Below are positions 41,001 to 50,324 of a stretch of DNA of 64,000 nt, one piece after another. Position numbers and translations under genes: made by a program. The DNA is from Bacteroidota bacterium (lineage in GTDB: Bacteria; Bacteroidota; Bacteroidia; UKL13-3): NCBI GenBank assembly GCA_947460345.1, contig CANHGM010000001.1, forward strand, positions 42,518-106,517, in the 5' to 3' direction. The number at the start of each line of letters is the position of its first letter. Positions within the stretch are counted from its first letter, which is position 1. The notes below the pieces were generated by a model that saw only the letters and a list, made by a program, of their open reading frames with translations, did no database searches and was not told the DNA's origin.

Positions 41001-42451
41001 GTTTTACTGTAGATTATATCAAAACTCGATACCGTTTTAGCAATCAATTTTTTGACCTCTACGACAACTATATAGATTTAAATAAATTTTATCTGTTTGA
41101 TGAGTTTGGAAAAACAGCGTTAGTATCAGGAAAAGTATATCACAAAAGCTATGAAGATTACAGATTGGATGTTCATTTTAATAACTGTAAAAACTTTCAT
41201 TGTTTACAAACAACTAAAAAAGACAATTCACTTTATTATGGATCGGCATACGCCTCTGGAAACGCTTATTTGTATGGCACTATGGACGATTTAGGAATGG
41301 ACATTACGGCAAAGAGTGAAAAAGGAACAGTCATATATATACCATTAGGTTCGCCAGAAGAAGCGAGCAATGTAGACTTTATTAAATTTATCAGAAGAGA
41401 TTCATCTGGAGTTAAAATAGCAAAAGCTCCAACAGCTGATCTAAGTGGAATTAGAATGAATTTTAATTTTGAAATTACACCTGTTGCCGAAATACAAATC
41501 ATATTTGACGAAGCCTTAGGAGATATAATGAAAGGAAGTGGAAGTGGTAATTTAAGAATGGAAATAGATACCCGAAGAAATTTTAATATGTATGGCCAAT
41601 ACACAATAGAAAAAGGTGAATATTTATTTACAGCTTTAAATGTATTTCAAAAAAAGTTTTATGTGAAACCAGGAGGAACCATATCTTGGGATGGTGCTCC
41701 ATTAGAAGCAAAAATGAATCTTGCTGCATTTTATAGAGTGAGAGCCTCCCCTGACCCATTACTAGGAACAACTGGCAACGAAAGTTCTAAAATTACTGTT
41801 GATTGTAATCTGTTTCTAAAAGGATTGCTTTTTTCACCTGATATAAAATTTGGTTTATCATTCCCAGATATTGAAAATCAAAACAGCGACAACAATACTG
41901 TTTTAAATACAGTTTTAAAGCAAGTTGAAAATGATCAAGAAGAACTTAACAGACAAATTTTTAGTTTGATGATGTTAAAACAATTTTTACCAAGACAAGG
42001 AACATCTTCAGGGCTAACAGCAGGAAGTATAAGTCAAGGGTCTTTATCTGCAACCGTAAGTGATTTAATTTCTGCACAAATGAGCAACTGGCTTACACAA
42101 GTAGCACCAGGATGGGAAATTAATTTTAATTATAATCCGGGCAATGTAGATCAAACTCAAAAAAGACAAATTATATTACAATTGGTAAAAAGGTTCTTAG
42201 ACGACAAACTTATTCTCGAAGGATCAGTAACAAATAATGATCAAGCGGCTAACCCATGGCAATATAACTTCTCAAGTCAATATATTATAAGTAAAGACGG
42301 CAGAATGCGAATTAAAGCTTTTAGTAGAAGTAACAATAATGTGATTTATAATCAGAACGTAACAACACATGGTATAGGTTTTTTCTATAGAAGAGAGTTT
42401 GAAACAATGCTTCATAGGAGAAAAGAAAATGAAATTGATACTAAAAAATAA
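38066..42451 (+). CDS. tamB: translocation and assembly module subunit TamB (AsmA-like, DUF490 C-terminus)
   Basis: 1461 aa with a single N-terminal TM anchor, a long beta-rich body, and a C-terminal …NFSSQYIISKDGRMRIKAFSRSNNNVIYNQNVTTHGIGFFYRREF typical of the TamB C-terminal domain. Confidence 0.72.
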   Translation: MRKKLTKISSFLLSFLIITIAQALVFLNSEHFQNYLIEKITTYYAQELKCEIHIKHVKFKLTHFELDSVTINDQQGDSLCRIGSIDMYPRPSTLITRHMVINKIVCHSSRFNFMVHPGVKGTNIEFLRKYFLKKNKTKTKRAPAVFDVSEIYLDDCSVTWSDKRRKMHPEEFDLSYLAFNHLNVGLDKFRLIDDSINTHIKYLNFVEKCGLKVDSLVSDLIVCDHEMLFDNFRLKTPYSTIKKRIKLTYDEYEDLEEPVDSVVFSGEIRESDVSMIDIRYFNHILAGMEQQFNIEGDFKGHINNLKTTNVTIRYGNNSIFKGKAKFRGLPEVDETYMDIRAEYATTNYEDLSTLLMTNEIPSQVKNIGLVKFAGNFNGFFHDFVTDGKFESHIGTVSSNINMKLPLDDSPPAYSGSFTFNNFDMGKFYEISNIGTTDLTATVKAGRGFKLKDLQAEIDANISRFNFNNYNYNNSIVTGKLINKKFIGKLNTVDPNINLVFDGLIDLAGKEPTFKYVASIKDARLLPLHFDSNNTVVSTKMNIDFTGSSLDMLFGKLLFTDVSIDRDSLHFPLKKIELRADTRTKNGYIALKSEIADIAFNGEFDLQNLQNTMQYVFYHYLPNYVNSIKTPVKQKFSFNAELKNTQIVTDLFFPKMHLGKTLLNGRMNSDSNDIYLNLQSQYFYWDQFQFKNIYIKSDKNIRNDLLHINNTIGELRMNDSISFTNITLNADIKNDSFNYKAISYEPRQPYDFDLNGFILFHKNAIKMVWNPSRIQIVRKNYSIAQNSSILFQNNMVYISNMELSNKDEQIKADGVLGKSKNDELDLQIKNFDIGFINAFVKTIDGGIHGKASGTLQIKRALQSPVFIADIYSEKSIAGVDTLGDLQLATTYDDENNSVHLDAEVLGGNLKGIKAKGDIDISKETRLNIDVDVPATPVKKFEYYTKILISNVDGNISGKLKVKGTPSKPLVTGKVYFDDVSFTVDYIKTRYRFSNQFFDLYDNYIDLNKFYLFDEFGKTALVSGKVYHKSYEDYRLDVHFNNCKNFHCLQTTKKDNSLYYGSAYASGNAYLYGTMDDLGMDITAKSEKGTVIYIPLGSPEEASNVDFIKFIRRDSSGVKIAKAPTADLSGIRMNFNFEITPVAEIQIIFDEALGDIMKGSGSGNLRMEIDTRRNFNMYGQYTIEKGEYLFTALNVFQKKFYVKPGGTISWDGAPLEAKMNLAAFYRVRASPDPLLGTTGNESSKITVDCNLFLKGLLFSPDIKFGLSFPDIENQNSDNNTVLNTVLKQVENDQEELNRQIFSLMMLKQFLPRQGTSSGLTAGSISQGSLSATVSDLISAQMSNWLTQVAPGWEINFNYNPGNVDQTQKRQIILQLVKRFLDDKLILEGSVTNNDQAANPWQYNFSSQYIISKDGRMRIKAFSRSNNNVIYNQNVTTHGIGFFYRREFETMLHRRKENEIDTKK

Positions 42452-42551
42452 TTATATATATATTAAGACCATTTTTTGAAAATTACAAATACAGCTGCTA
42501 TCAACAATATAAATCCTAAAATATGATTCCACTGATGAGCATCTCCTATAG

Positions 42552-42569
42552 ATATATATATATATATAT
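42552..42569. repeat. (AT)9 microsatellite in the tamB-downstream intergenic region (a second (TA)6 lies at 42452-42466, abutting the tamB stop)
   Basis: Seen directly: gatatatatatatatatatatc. Confidence 0.8.
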
Positions 42570-42611
42570 CAATAATTACAAAAACTTTTTAAGTAATAGT
42601 TTCTTGCACAG

Positions 42612-42666
42612 TTTTAAGCTGGCATTATAAAAAAATATTCAAAAAAGGCAATTTCCCAGCTTAAAA
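42612..42666. repeat. perfect 11-bp inverted repeat (TTTTAAGCTGG / CCAGCTTAAAA) with 33-nt A-rich loop
   Basis: Seen directly, in the 353-bp convergent intergenic region between tamB and the 504-aa secreted-protein gene. It is a candidate bidirectional terminator or structured RNA element. Confidence 0.4.
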
Positions 42667-42804
42667 GCACTACCCAAACAATCAACTTATCAAATGTTTT
42701 ATGCTTTTAAACCTATATTCCCGAACCAAGACAAGGTCATAAAAACATTTGAAATAAGAAGAAGTAAAACTTTATAAAAACCTTTTAAAAATATTCAGAA
42801 AGAG

Positions 42805-44319
42805 TTATTTCTTTTTCTTTTTTTCTACTTCAGGCTTGCCCTTTACATCTATTGAAGTTAAATCAAAATAATCTAAGTAAAAACCACCACTGCCGGTCAT
42901 AGCATGACCAATGGCTCCAATTCTACCATCACCAATATATAACATACAACGTGTATCAAGTTTATGGTCTGGCTCTGTAGGAGCTGCTCCTTTACTAAAC
43001 TTTACTGATTTATCAGGAGCTAAAGACATAAGTCTCAATTCTCTTTCTTCTTGACTCAAAATATTAAGTCGGTTATTGTCCCAAATATTGAATAAAACTT
43101 TACCGGTAAAACCTTTGTGCCACAATATTTTTCCTGAACTATTAGCACAGTTTACCATAATATTTGTATACAAAGATCTTGCATCAGGATTAACAAAAAC
43201 TTCACTTTTCAATTCATCTGCATATTCTTTAAAGTCATCATATTGCTGGCCAACCAGAAAATAATTGTTTGCTTGGTCTATATATAAATTAAACTTAGCA
43301 GGTCTTATTAAATCTTTGGCATTTGACGGATCTTGAACTTTTCTAATAAGTCCACTTAAATCATCGTCATTATCAAACACGGTTGTTTCTTTAAATTCGT
43401 TTTTGGCTACATCAAAAATATAAACAAAACCACCTGAAATAAAATCCAAATTGGCTTTGTTTGAAAACATCCCTGCCAATACAAGATTTTCTTTTCGATC
43501 AAATCTCAAATCAAAAATACTTATATTTTTCATATCTCCTTTTCCAAATTCAACTGATTGTTGTGCATCTTCATTGTCTCTATAATATAAACTTAATGTT
43601 TGTGACCATGTGTTAGATTTTTTAACTCTGCTTTCAGCCATAACATATATAGTCGATTGATTGGAGATGGTAGCTTTAGCTCTAATTAATCCTTTGCTAG
43701 CCATTTCTATATTAAAAATATTATCTCTATCAAACGAGAAGTCTTCTTTATTAAAAACCAAACAATGTAAATTCAATTTTAAATTTTTAGAACTACTGGC
43801 ATTTTCATAAACCATCACCATAATTTTTGAGCTATCGTTCGAAAAAACAACATCTATTCCTTGGATCACTTCTGGGTTTTTAGTTTCTAAAGATAAGACT
43901 TCACGACCAAGACTTTCAGGCTGTCCATCAGTCTCTGCTAAAGTTGTTTGATATAAGGAATATTTTTTTTCTGTTTTGTCATAAAAACTATGAATACAAA
44001 AAACCTTGCTATTAATAAACATTACTTTTTCAATGTCATGAAGTTTTTTTGCATCATTATCTATCACTATATTTTTAACAGCTTCTTTTTTACCTTTATT
44101 ATCAAAAATCATTAAACTTCTTTTACCTCTTTTACTCCCTGACACTGGGTTTTCAGGGCATATCAAGTATGTTTTTTTATCTTTGGTATACATTAATTCT
44201 GCTTGATTAGCAGCAACTTCTAACTTCATTTTGTTGGTGCCCATTGTAAATACTTTTTGAGCATTTAATTGTAAAGTAAAAAATGGAACTAAAGTAAATA
44301 ATAAGATATATTTTCTCAT
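42805..44319 (-). CDS. hypothetical secreted protein (signal peptide, Lys-rich C-terminus)
   Basis: Signal MRKYILLFTLVPFFTLQLNAQ. It is 504 aa with no recognisable motif, ends in KGKPEVEKKKKK, and lies 36 bp downstream of the beta-barrel gene. Confidence 0.55.
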   Translation of the reverse strand: MRKYILLFTLVPFFTLQLNAQKVFTMGTNKMKLEVAANQAELMYTKDKKTYLICPENPVSGSKRGKRSLMIFDNKGKKEAVKNIVIDNDAKKLHDIEKVMFINSKVFCIHSFYDKTEKKYSLYQTTLAETDGQPESLGREVLSLETKNPEVIQGIDVVFSNDSSKIMVMVYENASSSKNLKLNLHCLVFNKEDFSFDRDNIFNIEMASKGLIRAKATISNQSTIYVMAESRVKKSNTWSQTLSLYYRDNEDAQQSVEFGKGDMKNISIFDLRFDRKENLVLAGMFSNKANLDFISGGFVYIFDVAKNEFKETTVFDNDDDLSGLIRKVQDPSNAKDLIRPAKFNLYIDQANNYFLVGQQYDDFKEYADELKSEVFVNPDARSLYTNIMVNCANSSGKILWHKGFTGKVLFNIWDNNRLNILSQEERELRLMSLAPDKSVKFSKGAAPTEPDHKLDTRCMLYIGDGRIGAIGHAMTGSGGFYLDYFDLTSIDVKGKPEVEKKKKK

Positions 44320-44355
44320 GGATTGATAAATTTACGCAAATATAAGCGGAAAAAA

Positions 44356-46278
44356 TTAATCGTAAAAACGCCATCTAAAGCCCAATCTTAGCACCTGAGG
44401 TTGCATTGGATTATATGCAGTGGCATAATACGAATTAGGTAAAAAATTAAAGGTCTGTTGCCAAGGATCAGCTAAAAATCGTAGACCATAAAACACATGT
44501 TCTAGTTTAACAAAAAAAGCAAACCTTTGAATTTCTCCATTTGCATATAAGTCTATCATGGGGTATCCCCCTGATTTTACAGATGAATCTAAATAGAATT
44601 GCATGATTGAAGTATTCCAACGGTATGAACTTGTTTTTTGCCAATAATTTATGCTAAACCCAATTTGGTACTTCATCGATTTGTTCTTTAACTGTCCTGC
44701 TATATATATATCGGTTTTTGAAGCCCAATTGGGTAAAGGTGTAATTTGAGTATTAGAATTATATTGTAACAATAATTTTTCTTTAATATGTAATTTTTTA
44801 TAATGCCAATCTAAAGCTGTAACTGCAGATAAGTGTGTTAACGAGGGAGCAAATTGTGTGGGAATTGAATTTTGATCAAAGTACACATAATTAACCGTAT
44901 TTCTATATAAAATATTAACCTCAAAAGGATGTTTAAAATTTGTTTTTAAATAAAAATTAAAACCTAATACATGGGTAGGATTTAAAGATTGTGACCAAGC
45001 AAAATAGTTTGTTTTAAAATATTGATATATCAATGGTTGGATATATTGTTGAGCAAAACCATTAAGATTAAGCTGAACTTTTTTGTTTATTAATAAAAAA
45101 GTAGCTTGTTGCAAATAATCCTGTCTGTTATAACCATTAAAATAATATTTACTTTCAGTTATAAATTTCATATTAGGTTTAAAAGCATATAGTATTTTTA
45201 AATCAATACTATGATTGACTATACTACCGCTTGTATAATCTTTGCAAAAAAACTTAATAAAATCATATTGGTAGCCCACTTGCCAAATCAATGGTTTTAA
45301 ACTAAAGGTAGAATCATTTAATTTTTTATAACCTAATGATGCTAATTGTAGATGGTTTTTAAATGTTATAAAACTAGTAGAATCAAAATTAACAAGACTA
45401 TCTTTATATATATTTTTATAGTATTTTGTATCGTCTGCTAAACCAGTATCTAAATAAGCCTCTTTATCTCTTTGAAAAGTATAGTAAATTCTGAACGGAT
45501 AAAGGGCTTTCCTTGAATTACTATCAACTCTAATTGAAAACTTCTTAAAACCATAACTGTATTCAAACATTACTTGGTTTTTTTTCAAATAGTTAAAACT
45601 CTTACTTAAGTTTATTGGATAAGATTCTCTTTGAAGAATACTTGAAGAATCAAAATCTTTAGTATTTACAATTCCTCCATTAACTTCTTGCAAAGATTTA
45701 TCAAGAATTATACTTGCAAGCAGCCTACTTCTTCCATCATTAGATAGATAGGATTGAAAAAGCCTCAGCCTACTTATATCGCTATTTTGTCTTAAGTAAA
45801 ACCCTTTGCTACCATATCTTATAATTTCCACCCCTACGTTCCAATCTTTTCTTATATTTTGGGTATGTATAAAATTAAGCCCTAGTAACCTGTTTTGTCC
45901 TTGAACATATTTTATATCTGAGTAGGGTCTTTTTACATTCCAAAACTCATTGGTTTTATTCTGATCAAAATACATCTCCCAACCTTTAATACCTGTATTA
46001 AATCCTGACAATACTTTAGATTCGAAAATTAAATTCTTTGCAGATGTGCCTGGATTTCCAAGGTCAGTGTAAAAATCTTTTTGTATTATACTATATTGAT
46101 GAATAGAAGAAAAACTAGTATCAATCGATTTAAAAATTGATTGATCAAAAGCTTGTATTGAGCCAAAGGTTGGAATAAAAGATTGAGCATTCACCTTTAT
46201 AATCAATAACAATAAAATATAAGTTATATTTTTTCTCAACTTGTTTGCAAAATACAGACAAAACAATAGTTTGCACAA
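44356..46278 (-). CDS. putative outer-membrane beta-barrel protein (porin-like)
   Basis: Signal-like N-terminus (…LLLLIIKVNAQ), then 600 aa rich in alternating aromatic/hydrophilic residues (YQIGFSINYW, LRLGFRWRFYD) typical of amphipathic beta-strands. The family is not identified. Confidence 0.4.
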   Translation of the reverse strand: MCKLLFCLYFANKLRKNITYILLLLIIKVNAQSFIPTFGSIQAFDQSIFKSIDTSFSSIHQYSIIQKDFYTDLGNPGTSAKNLIFESKVLSGFNTGIKGWEMYFDQNKTNEFWNVKRPYSDIKYVQGQNRLLGLNFIHTQNIRKDWNVGVEIIRYGSKGFYLRQNSDISRLRLFQSYLSNDGRSRLLASIILDKSLQEVNGGIVNTKDFDSSSILQRESYPINLSKSFNYLKKNQVMFEYSYGFKKFSIRVDSNSRKALYPFRIYYTFQRDKEAYLDTGLADDTKYYKNIYKDSLVNFDSTSFITFKNHLQLASLGYKKLNDSTFSLKPLIWQVGYQYDFIKFFCKDYTSGSIVNHSIDLKILYAFKPNMKFITESKYYFNGYNRQDYLQQATFLLINKKVQLNLNGFAQQYIQPLIYQYFKTNYFAWSQSLNPTHVLGFNFYLKTNFKHPFEVNILYRNTVNYVYFDQNSIPTQFAPSLTHLSAVTALDWHYKKLHIKEKLLLQYNSNTQITPLPNWASKTDIYIAGQLKNKSMKYQIGFSINYWQKTSSYRWNTSIMQFYLDSSVKSGGYPMIDLYANGEIQRFAFFVKLEHVFYGLRFLADPWQQTFNFLPNSYYATAYNPMQPQVLRLGFRWRFYD

Positions 46279-46344
46279 ATCTATATAAAAAAAGAAGTTA
46301 ACAATGGTGCCGTATTTTTCAATATTTTTGCTTCTCTATTAACA

Positions 46345-47340
46345 ATGCCAATCATAATACTTGCAATCGAAAGCAGTTGCGACGATACATCTGCGTCAGT
46401 AATTATTGATGGTCAAGTATGTTCTAACATCATAGCTAGTCAAAATATCCATCAATTGTATGGGGGTGTTGTACCTGAATTAGCTTCTAGAGATCATGAG
46501 AAAAATATAATTCCGGTTGTTGATTTAGCCTTAAAACAAGCCAATATTAAAACTGAACAATTATCTGCAATTGCTTTTACAGCTGGTCCTGGTTTAATAG
46601 GTTCATTATTGGTAGGTGTAACTTTTGCAAAAGGTTTGGCCCTTTCTCATCAAATTCCTTTAATAGAAGTTAATCATTTAGATGCTCATATAATGGCACA
46701 TCTGATTGATGACCCAAAACCAATTTTTCCTTTTTTATGCTTATTAATCTCAGGTGGGCACACTCAAATTGTATTAGTCAAAGAACCTTTAGTTTTTGAA
46801 AAGCTAGGCGAAACATCAGATGATGCTGCTGGGGAAGCATTTGATAAAACAGCAAAACTCTTAGGACTTGAATATCCTGGCGGACCATTAATAGACAAAT
46901 ATGCTAAATTGGGAGAAGTAATATATAAATTTCCAATTCCTTCAGCCCCTGGTTTCAATTTTAGTTTTAGTGGTTTTAAAACATCAGTTTTATATTTTTT
47001 ACAAAAAGAAACGCGATTAAACCCTTCATTTATTGAACATAATTTAAATAATATTTGTGCATCAATTCAACATACAATTATCGAAATAGTATTTCAAAAA
47101 AGCATAGCTGCTATAAAACAAACAGGAGTAAAATCTATTGCTATAGCAGGAGGAGTAGCATCAAATAGTGGTGTAAGACACAAGTTTACGGAATATGCGA
47201 AAGAATCTGGGATTGATGTATTTATCCCTCAATTTCAATATTGCACAGATAATGCCGCTATGATTGCCATCACTGCAAATTATTTATATTTAAAAGAAAG
47301 TTTTAGTGATCACTCTGTTGTGCCCTTTGCCAAGGGTTAA
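46345..47340 (+). CDS. tsaD: tRNA N6-adenosine threonylcarbamoyltransferase
   Basis: MPIIILAIESSCDDTSASV… with the HxxAH-type metal site (VNHLDAHIMA), Kae1/TsaD family, 331 aa. Confidence 0.9.
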   Translation: MPIIILAIESSCDDTSASVIIDGQVCSNIIASQNIHQLYGGVVPELASRDHEKNIIPVVDLALKQANIKTEQLSAIAFTAGPGLIGSLLVGVTFAKGLALSHQIPLIEVNHLDAHIMAHLIDDPKPIFPFLCLLISGGHTQIVLVKEPLVFEKLGETSDDAAGEAFDKTAKLLGLEYPGGPLIDKYAKLGEVIYKFPIPSAPGFNFSFSGFKTSVLYFLQKETRLNPSFIEHNLNNICASIQHTIIEIVFQKSIAAIKQTGVKSIAIAGGVASNSGVRHKFTEYAKESGIDVFIPQFQYCTDNAAMIAITANYLYLKESFSDHSVVPFAKG

Positions 47341-47363
47341 AAATCAGAAACAATATTAGAAGA

Positions 47364-48524
47364 TTAATTTAATTTAACTATTACTTTACCCAAAACAACA
47401 GATGGGTTAGATTTTAATGCTATAGTTATAGGTCTAACAAAAAACTTTTCAGCATTCAGTGGATTTGGTTCAGTACTGTATTTTAAATTAGATACTTGAC
47501 CAGAATTGTCTTGCGGTGCAGTAGGCTGAATATTTACATCTAAAACTGGTAATGGAGCATTTTCGTCTTGACCAATTTCTAAGTTTGAAATATTCGGGTA
47601 TTGATAACCTAAGTTTTTGTTTACTTGAAAGAAAAGATTATTTGCACTAAAAGGATCTACATCTAAATTTATAATTTGAGATGAAGTAGAAATTAGAAAA
47701 CCATCTTCTGCATTTTTATTCAAATAAAATCCTTCACCAATAGGGTTAAAAGTAAAAGAGTAAGAACTATTGTTAGATTGTGGAAGAATGTGAACTTCTG
47801 TTCCCAAGGAATCAACAAGAATAAGATCAGGAATATTGGGTTGTACTACATGCACATGTAATACTTTTGTAAAAGAAACACCTTTAATATCATAAGTAAG
47901 TTTAATGCTACCTTCAGATACACCTGTCATAGGTAAAACATTTATGCTATATGAGTTTTCATTACCGCTAGTTGTAATTCCCTCAGCAGAATTCCAATGA
48001 TAATTTCCACCAGAAGGGAAAGTAATTGAATTTACATTTAGTGATTGACCTGGAAATAAGTATACATCTTCGCTACAATCAAAGTCTACATTGATACTAT
48101 ATATCATAAAATGTATTGACTCAGTACCTTTTGAATTAACAAGTACTGGCTCACTAAAAGGGTCTTCAGTATTTGAAGTTTTATAAGTTAAATCAAAACT
48201 ACCTGCTAACCAACCATAATCAGAAGTACCAGGTATGGGAATAGAAATATCGTCAGGCATAATAAAACCTTGCCATGTCTTGTCTTCATTTGGATTAATT
48301 TTTAAATCAGGAGGCGTAACAATACACTTAATATTATTTGAAGTAGAAATAACAACTTCACCTTTTTCACCGTCAGAAGTTTTCTTGTTATAAGTACCAG
48401 ACATATTATTAGACTGTCTAGTATAGAAATTTGCAACAAAGGTAATGGTATCATTAACCGAACCTTGTTGTGCAAATGTACTAACTGAACTTAATAGAAT
48501 TAATATGAATGTAATTATTCTCAT
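47364..48524 (-). CDS. hypothetical secreted protein
   Basis: Signal MRIITFILILLSSVSTFAQQ, 386 aa, beta-rich, with no identifiable domain. Its C-terminus is too short to be a T9SS CTD. Confidence 0.55.
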   Translation of the reverse strand: MRIITFILILLSSVSTFAQQGSVNDTITFVANFYTRQSNNMSGTYNKKTSDGEKGEVVISTSNNIKCIVTPPDLKINPNEDKTWQGFIMPDDISIPIPGTSDYGWLAGSFDLTYKTSNTEDPFSEPVLVNSKGTESIHFMIYSINVDFDCSEDVYLFPGQSLNVNSITFPSGGNYHWNSAEGITTSGNENSYSINVLPMTGVSEGSIKLTYDIKGVSFTKVLHVHVVQPNIPDLILVDSLGTEVHILPQSNNSSYSFTFNPIGEGFYLNKNAEDGFLISTSSQIINLDVDPFSANNLFFQVNKNLGYQYPNISNLEIGQDENAPLPVLDVNIQPTAPQDNSGQVSNLKYSTEPNPLNAEKFFVRPITIALKSNPSVVLGKVIVKLN

Positions 48525-48614
48525 TTGATGTTACAAAAGTATGTTAGATATTTTATTTAGCAAATACCAAATCAATTGTTATTTTACATAGTTTTTTTAC
48601 AATTCTATAAACAA

Positions 48615-48645
48615 AAAAACACCATTCAATTAAGTATGGTGTTTT
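48615..48645 (-). terminator. strong rho-independent terminator of the small lipoprotein gene
   Basis: AAAAACACCATtcaattaagtATGGTGTTTTT. On the minus strand the stem is followed by a T7 run, 25 nt after the stop at 48670. Confidence 0.6.
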
Positions 48646-48669
48646 TAAAGTTTTGAAAGAGTAATTAGA

Positions 48670-48891
48670 TTACTTCTTTTCGTGTCCTTCTTCAGCGTGA
48701 CCTTCAGCTGGAGTTTCAGCTTTAGCAGCAGTGTCAGTAGAAGCTGTAGTGTCAGCAGCAACTGGAGTTTCTTCAACAGCTGGCATAGTTGTAGTGTCAG
48801 CAGCAGGAGCAGCTTCTTCAGTTTTGTTACCTTTACAAGCAACTAAAGAAAGAACAGAAGCAACCATTAGTACAGAAAATAATTTTTTCAT
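48670..48891 (-). CDS. small acidic lipoprotein (73 aa) with low-complexity Ala/Glu/Thr/Pro body and His-containing C-terminus
   Basis: Lipobox LSLVAC|KG, then AEEAAPAADTTTMPAVEETPVAADTTASTDTAAKAETPAEGHAEEGHEKK. A candidate TAATTTTG -7 box lies at 48931-48938 (minus) and a strong terminator lies downstream. The overlapping ORFs 48645-48842 and 48731-48949 were judged spurious. Confidence 0.6.
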   Translation of the reverse strand: MKKLFSVLMVASVLSLVACKGNKTEEAAPAADTTTMPAVEETPVAADTTASTDTAAKAETPAEGHAEEGHEKK

Positions 48892-49010
48892 TTTTTTACT
48901 TTGTTATATTATTTGTTATAAAATCGGGGGCAAAATTAAGAGGTATTGACCTAAATGCAAACTTTTTTTTAAAAAATATTTAATACTAGTTACAACTAAC
49001 ATTTAAAGGT

Positions 49011-50312
49011 TTACTTTTTTCTAAAGAAAATTTGAATGGGAACGCCCTCGTAGTCGTACTTTTCTCTGATTTTGTTCTCAATAAATCTCTTGTAATTTTC
49101 ATTAACATATTGAGGCAAATTACAAAAGAACAGAAAAATTTGTTGATTGCTTTTTAACTGAGTTGCGTATTTAATCTTCACATACTTACCTTTTATAGAA
49201 GGCGGCGGGTTCTGTTCTATAACACTAAGAATAAATTCGTTTAGTTCATGAGTTGGTATGTGAAATTGTCTTCTTTCATAAACATGTATAGCCGTTTCAA
49301 TTGCTTTAAATATTCTTTGTTTTTCTACAACAGAAGTAAATATGATGGGTACATCTCTAAAAGGTGCTATTTTTTCTTTAATTTCTTCCGTAAATTTCAG
49401 GGTTGATTTGGTATCCTTTACAATCAAATCCCATTTATTTACAACTATAACAATACCTTTTGAATTTTTATCACACAAATGAAACAAACTTTGTTCTTGT
49501 GATTGAAAACCTTCAGTAGCATCAACCATTAATATACATACATCAGCACTTTCTAAGGCTTTGATACTTCTCATTACAGAATAGAATTCAATATCTTCAT
49601 TTACTTTTTTCTTTTTTCTTATACCTGCAGTATCAACAAGTAAAAATTCTTGACCAAAAGCATTATAATGAGCGTCAATAGAATCTCTGGTAGTTCCTGG
49701 AACATCTGTAACTATATTCCTTTCATATCCAAGTAAAGCATTTGTAAGAGATGATTTTCCAACATTGGGTCTACCTATTATGGCTATTCTAGGCAAAGAA
49801 GATAAGTCTTCAGGAATAGTGGTGATATGTTGCACAAGTTCATCTAACAGTTCTCCTGTTCCACTGCCTGTCATACTAGAAACGCTATATAACTCTCCAA
49901 AACCTAGACTATAAAATTCAGGTACTTCAACCAATCTCTCATTATTGTCTACCTTATTTGCAACTAATAATACTTTCTTTTTGCTTCTTCTTAATAAATC
50001 AGCTACATCTGCGTCAAGATCCGTAATTCCACAGGTAACATCTACCATAAACAGAATTAAATCTGCTTCTTGCATGGCTATTTTAACTTGATTCCGTATT
50101 TCTTTTTCAAACACATCAGAAGTTTCTTTTACAAAGCCGCCCGTGTCTACTAAAGTAAATTCTTTACCATTCCATTCTGCTTTTCCATAATGTCTATCTC
50201 TAGTTACACCGCTAACATCATCAACTATTGCTTTTCTTTGGCCAATAATTCTATTAAAAAAAGTAGATTTCCCAACATTGGGTCTACCTACAATTGCTAC
50301 TAAACTTCCCAT
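49011..50312 (-). CDS. der: ribosome-associated GTPase Der (EngA), tandem GTP-binding domains
   Basis: Two G-domains (GRPNVGKSTFFNR …DTGG… NKVD; GRPNVGKSSLTNA …DTAG… NKWD) plus a C-terminal KH-like domain. Confidence 0.92.
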   Translation of the reverse strand: MGSLVAIVGRPNVGKSTFFNRIIGQRKAIVDDVSGVTRDRHYGKAEWNGKEFTLVDTGGFVKETSDVFEKEIRNQVKIAMQEADLILFMVDVTCGITDLDADVADLLRRSKKKVLLVANKVDNNERLVEVPEFYSLGFGELYSVSSMTGSGTGELLDELVQHITTIPEDLSSLPRIAIIGRPNVGKSSLTNALLGYERNIVTDVPGTTRDSIDAHYNAFGQEFLLVDTAGIRKKKKVNEDIEFYSVMRSIKALESADVCILMVDATEGFQSQEQSLFHLCDKNSKGIVIVVNKWDLIVKDTKSTLKFTEEIKEKIAPFRDVPIIFTSVVEKQRIFKAIETAIHVYERRQFHIPTHELNEFILSVIEQNPPPSIKGKYVKIKYATQLKSNQQIFLFFCNLPQYVNENYKRFIENKIREKYDYEGVPIQIFFRKK

Positions 50313-50324
50313 ATTTATTTATTT

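Noticed and set aside
47364-47470. C-terminus of the 386-aa secreted protein as a T9SS CTD
   Set aside because: Only about 35 residues follow the PNP-like motif, too short for the 70-90-aa CTD fold, and the conserved terminal beta-strand pattern is missing.
48645-48949. Alternative ORFs 48645-48842 (-) and 48731-48949 (+) overlapping the small lipoprotein gene
   Set aside because: They are Leu/Lys-repeat or Ser/Ala-repeat translations of the same low-complexity DNA in other frames. Only the 48670-48891 frame has a lipoprotein signal peptide and ends just before the terminator.
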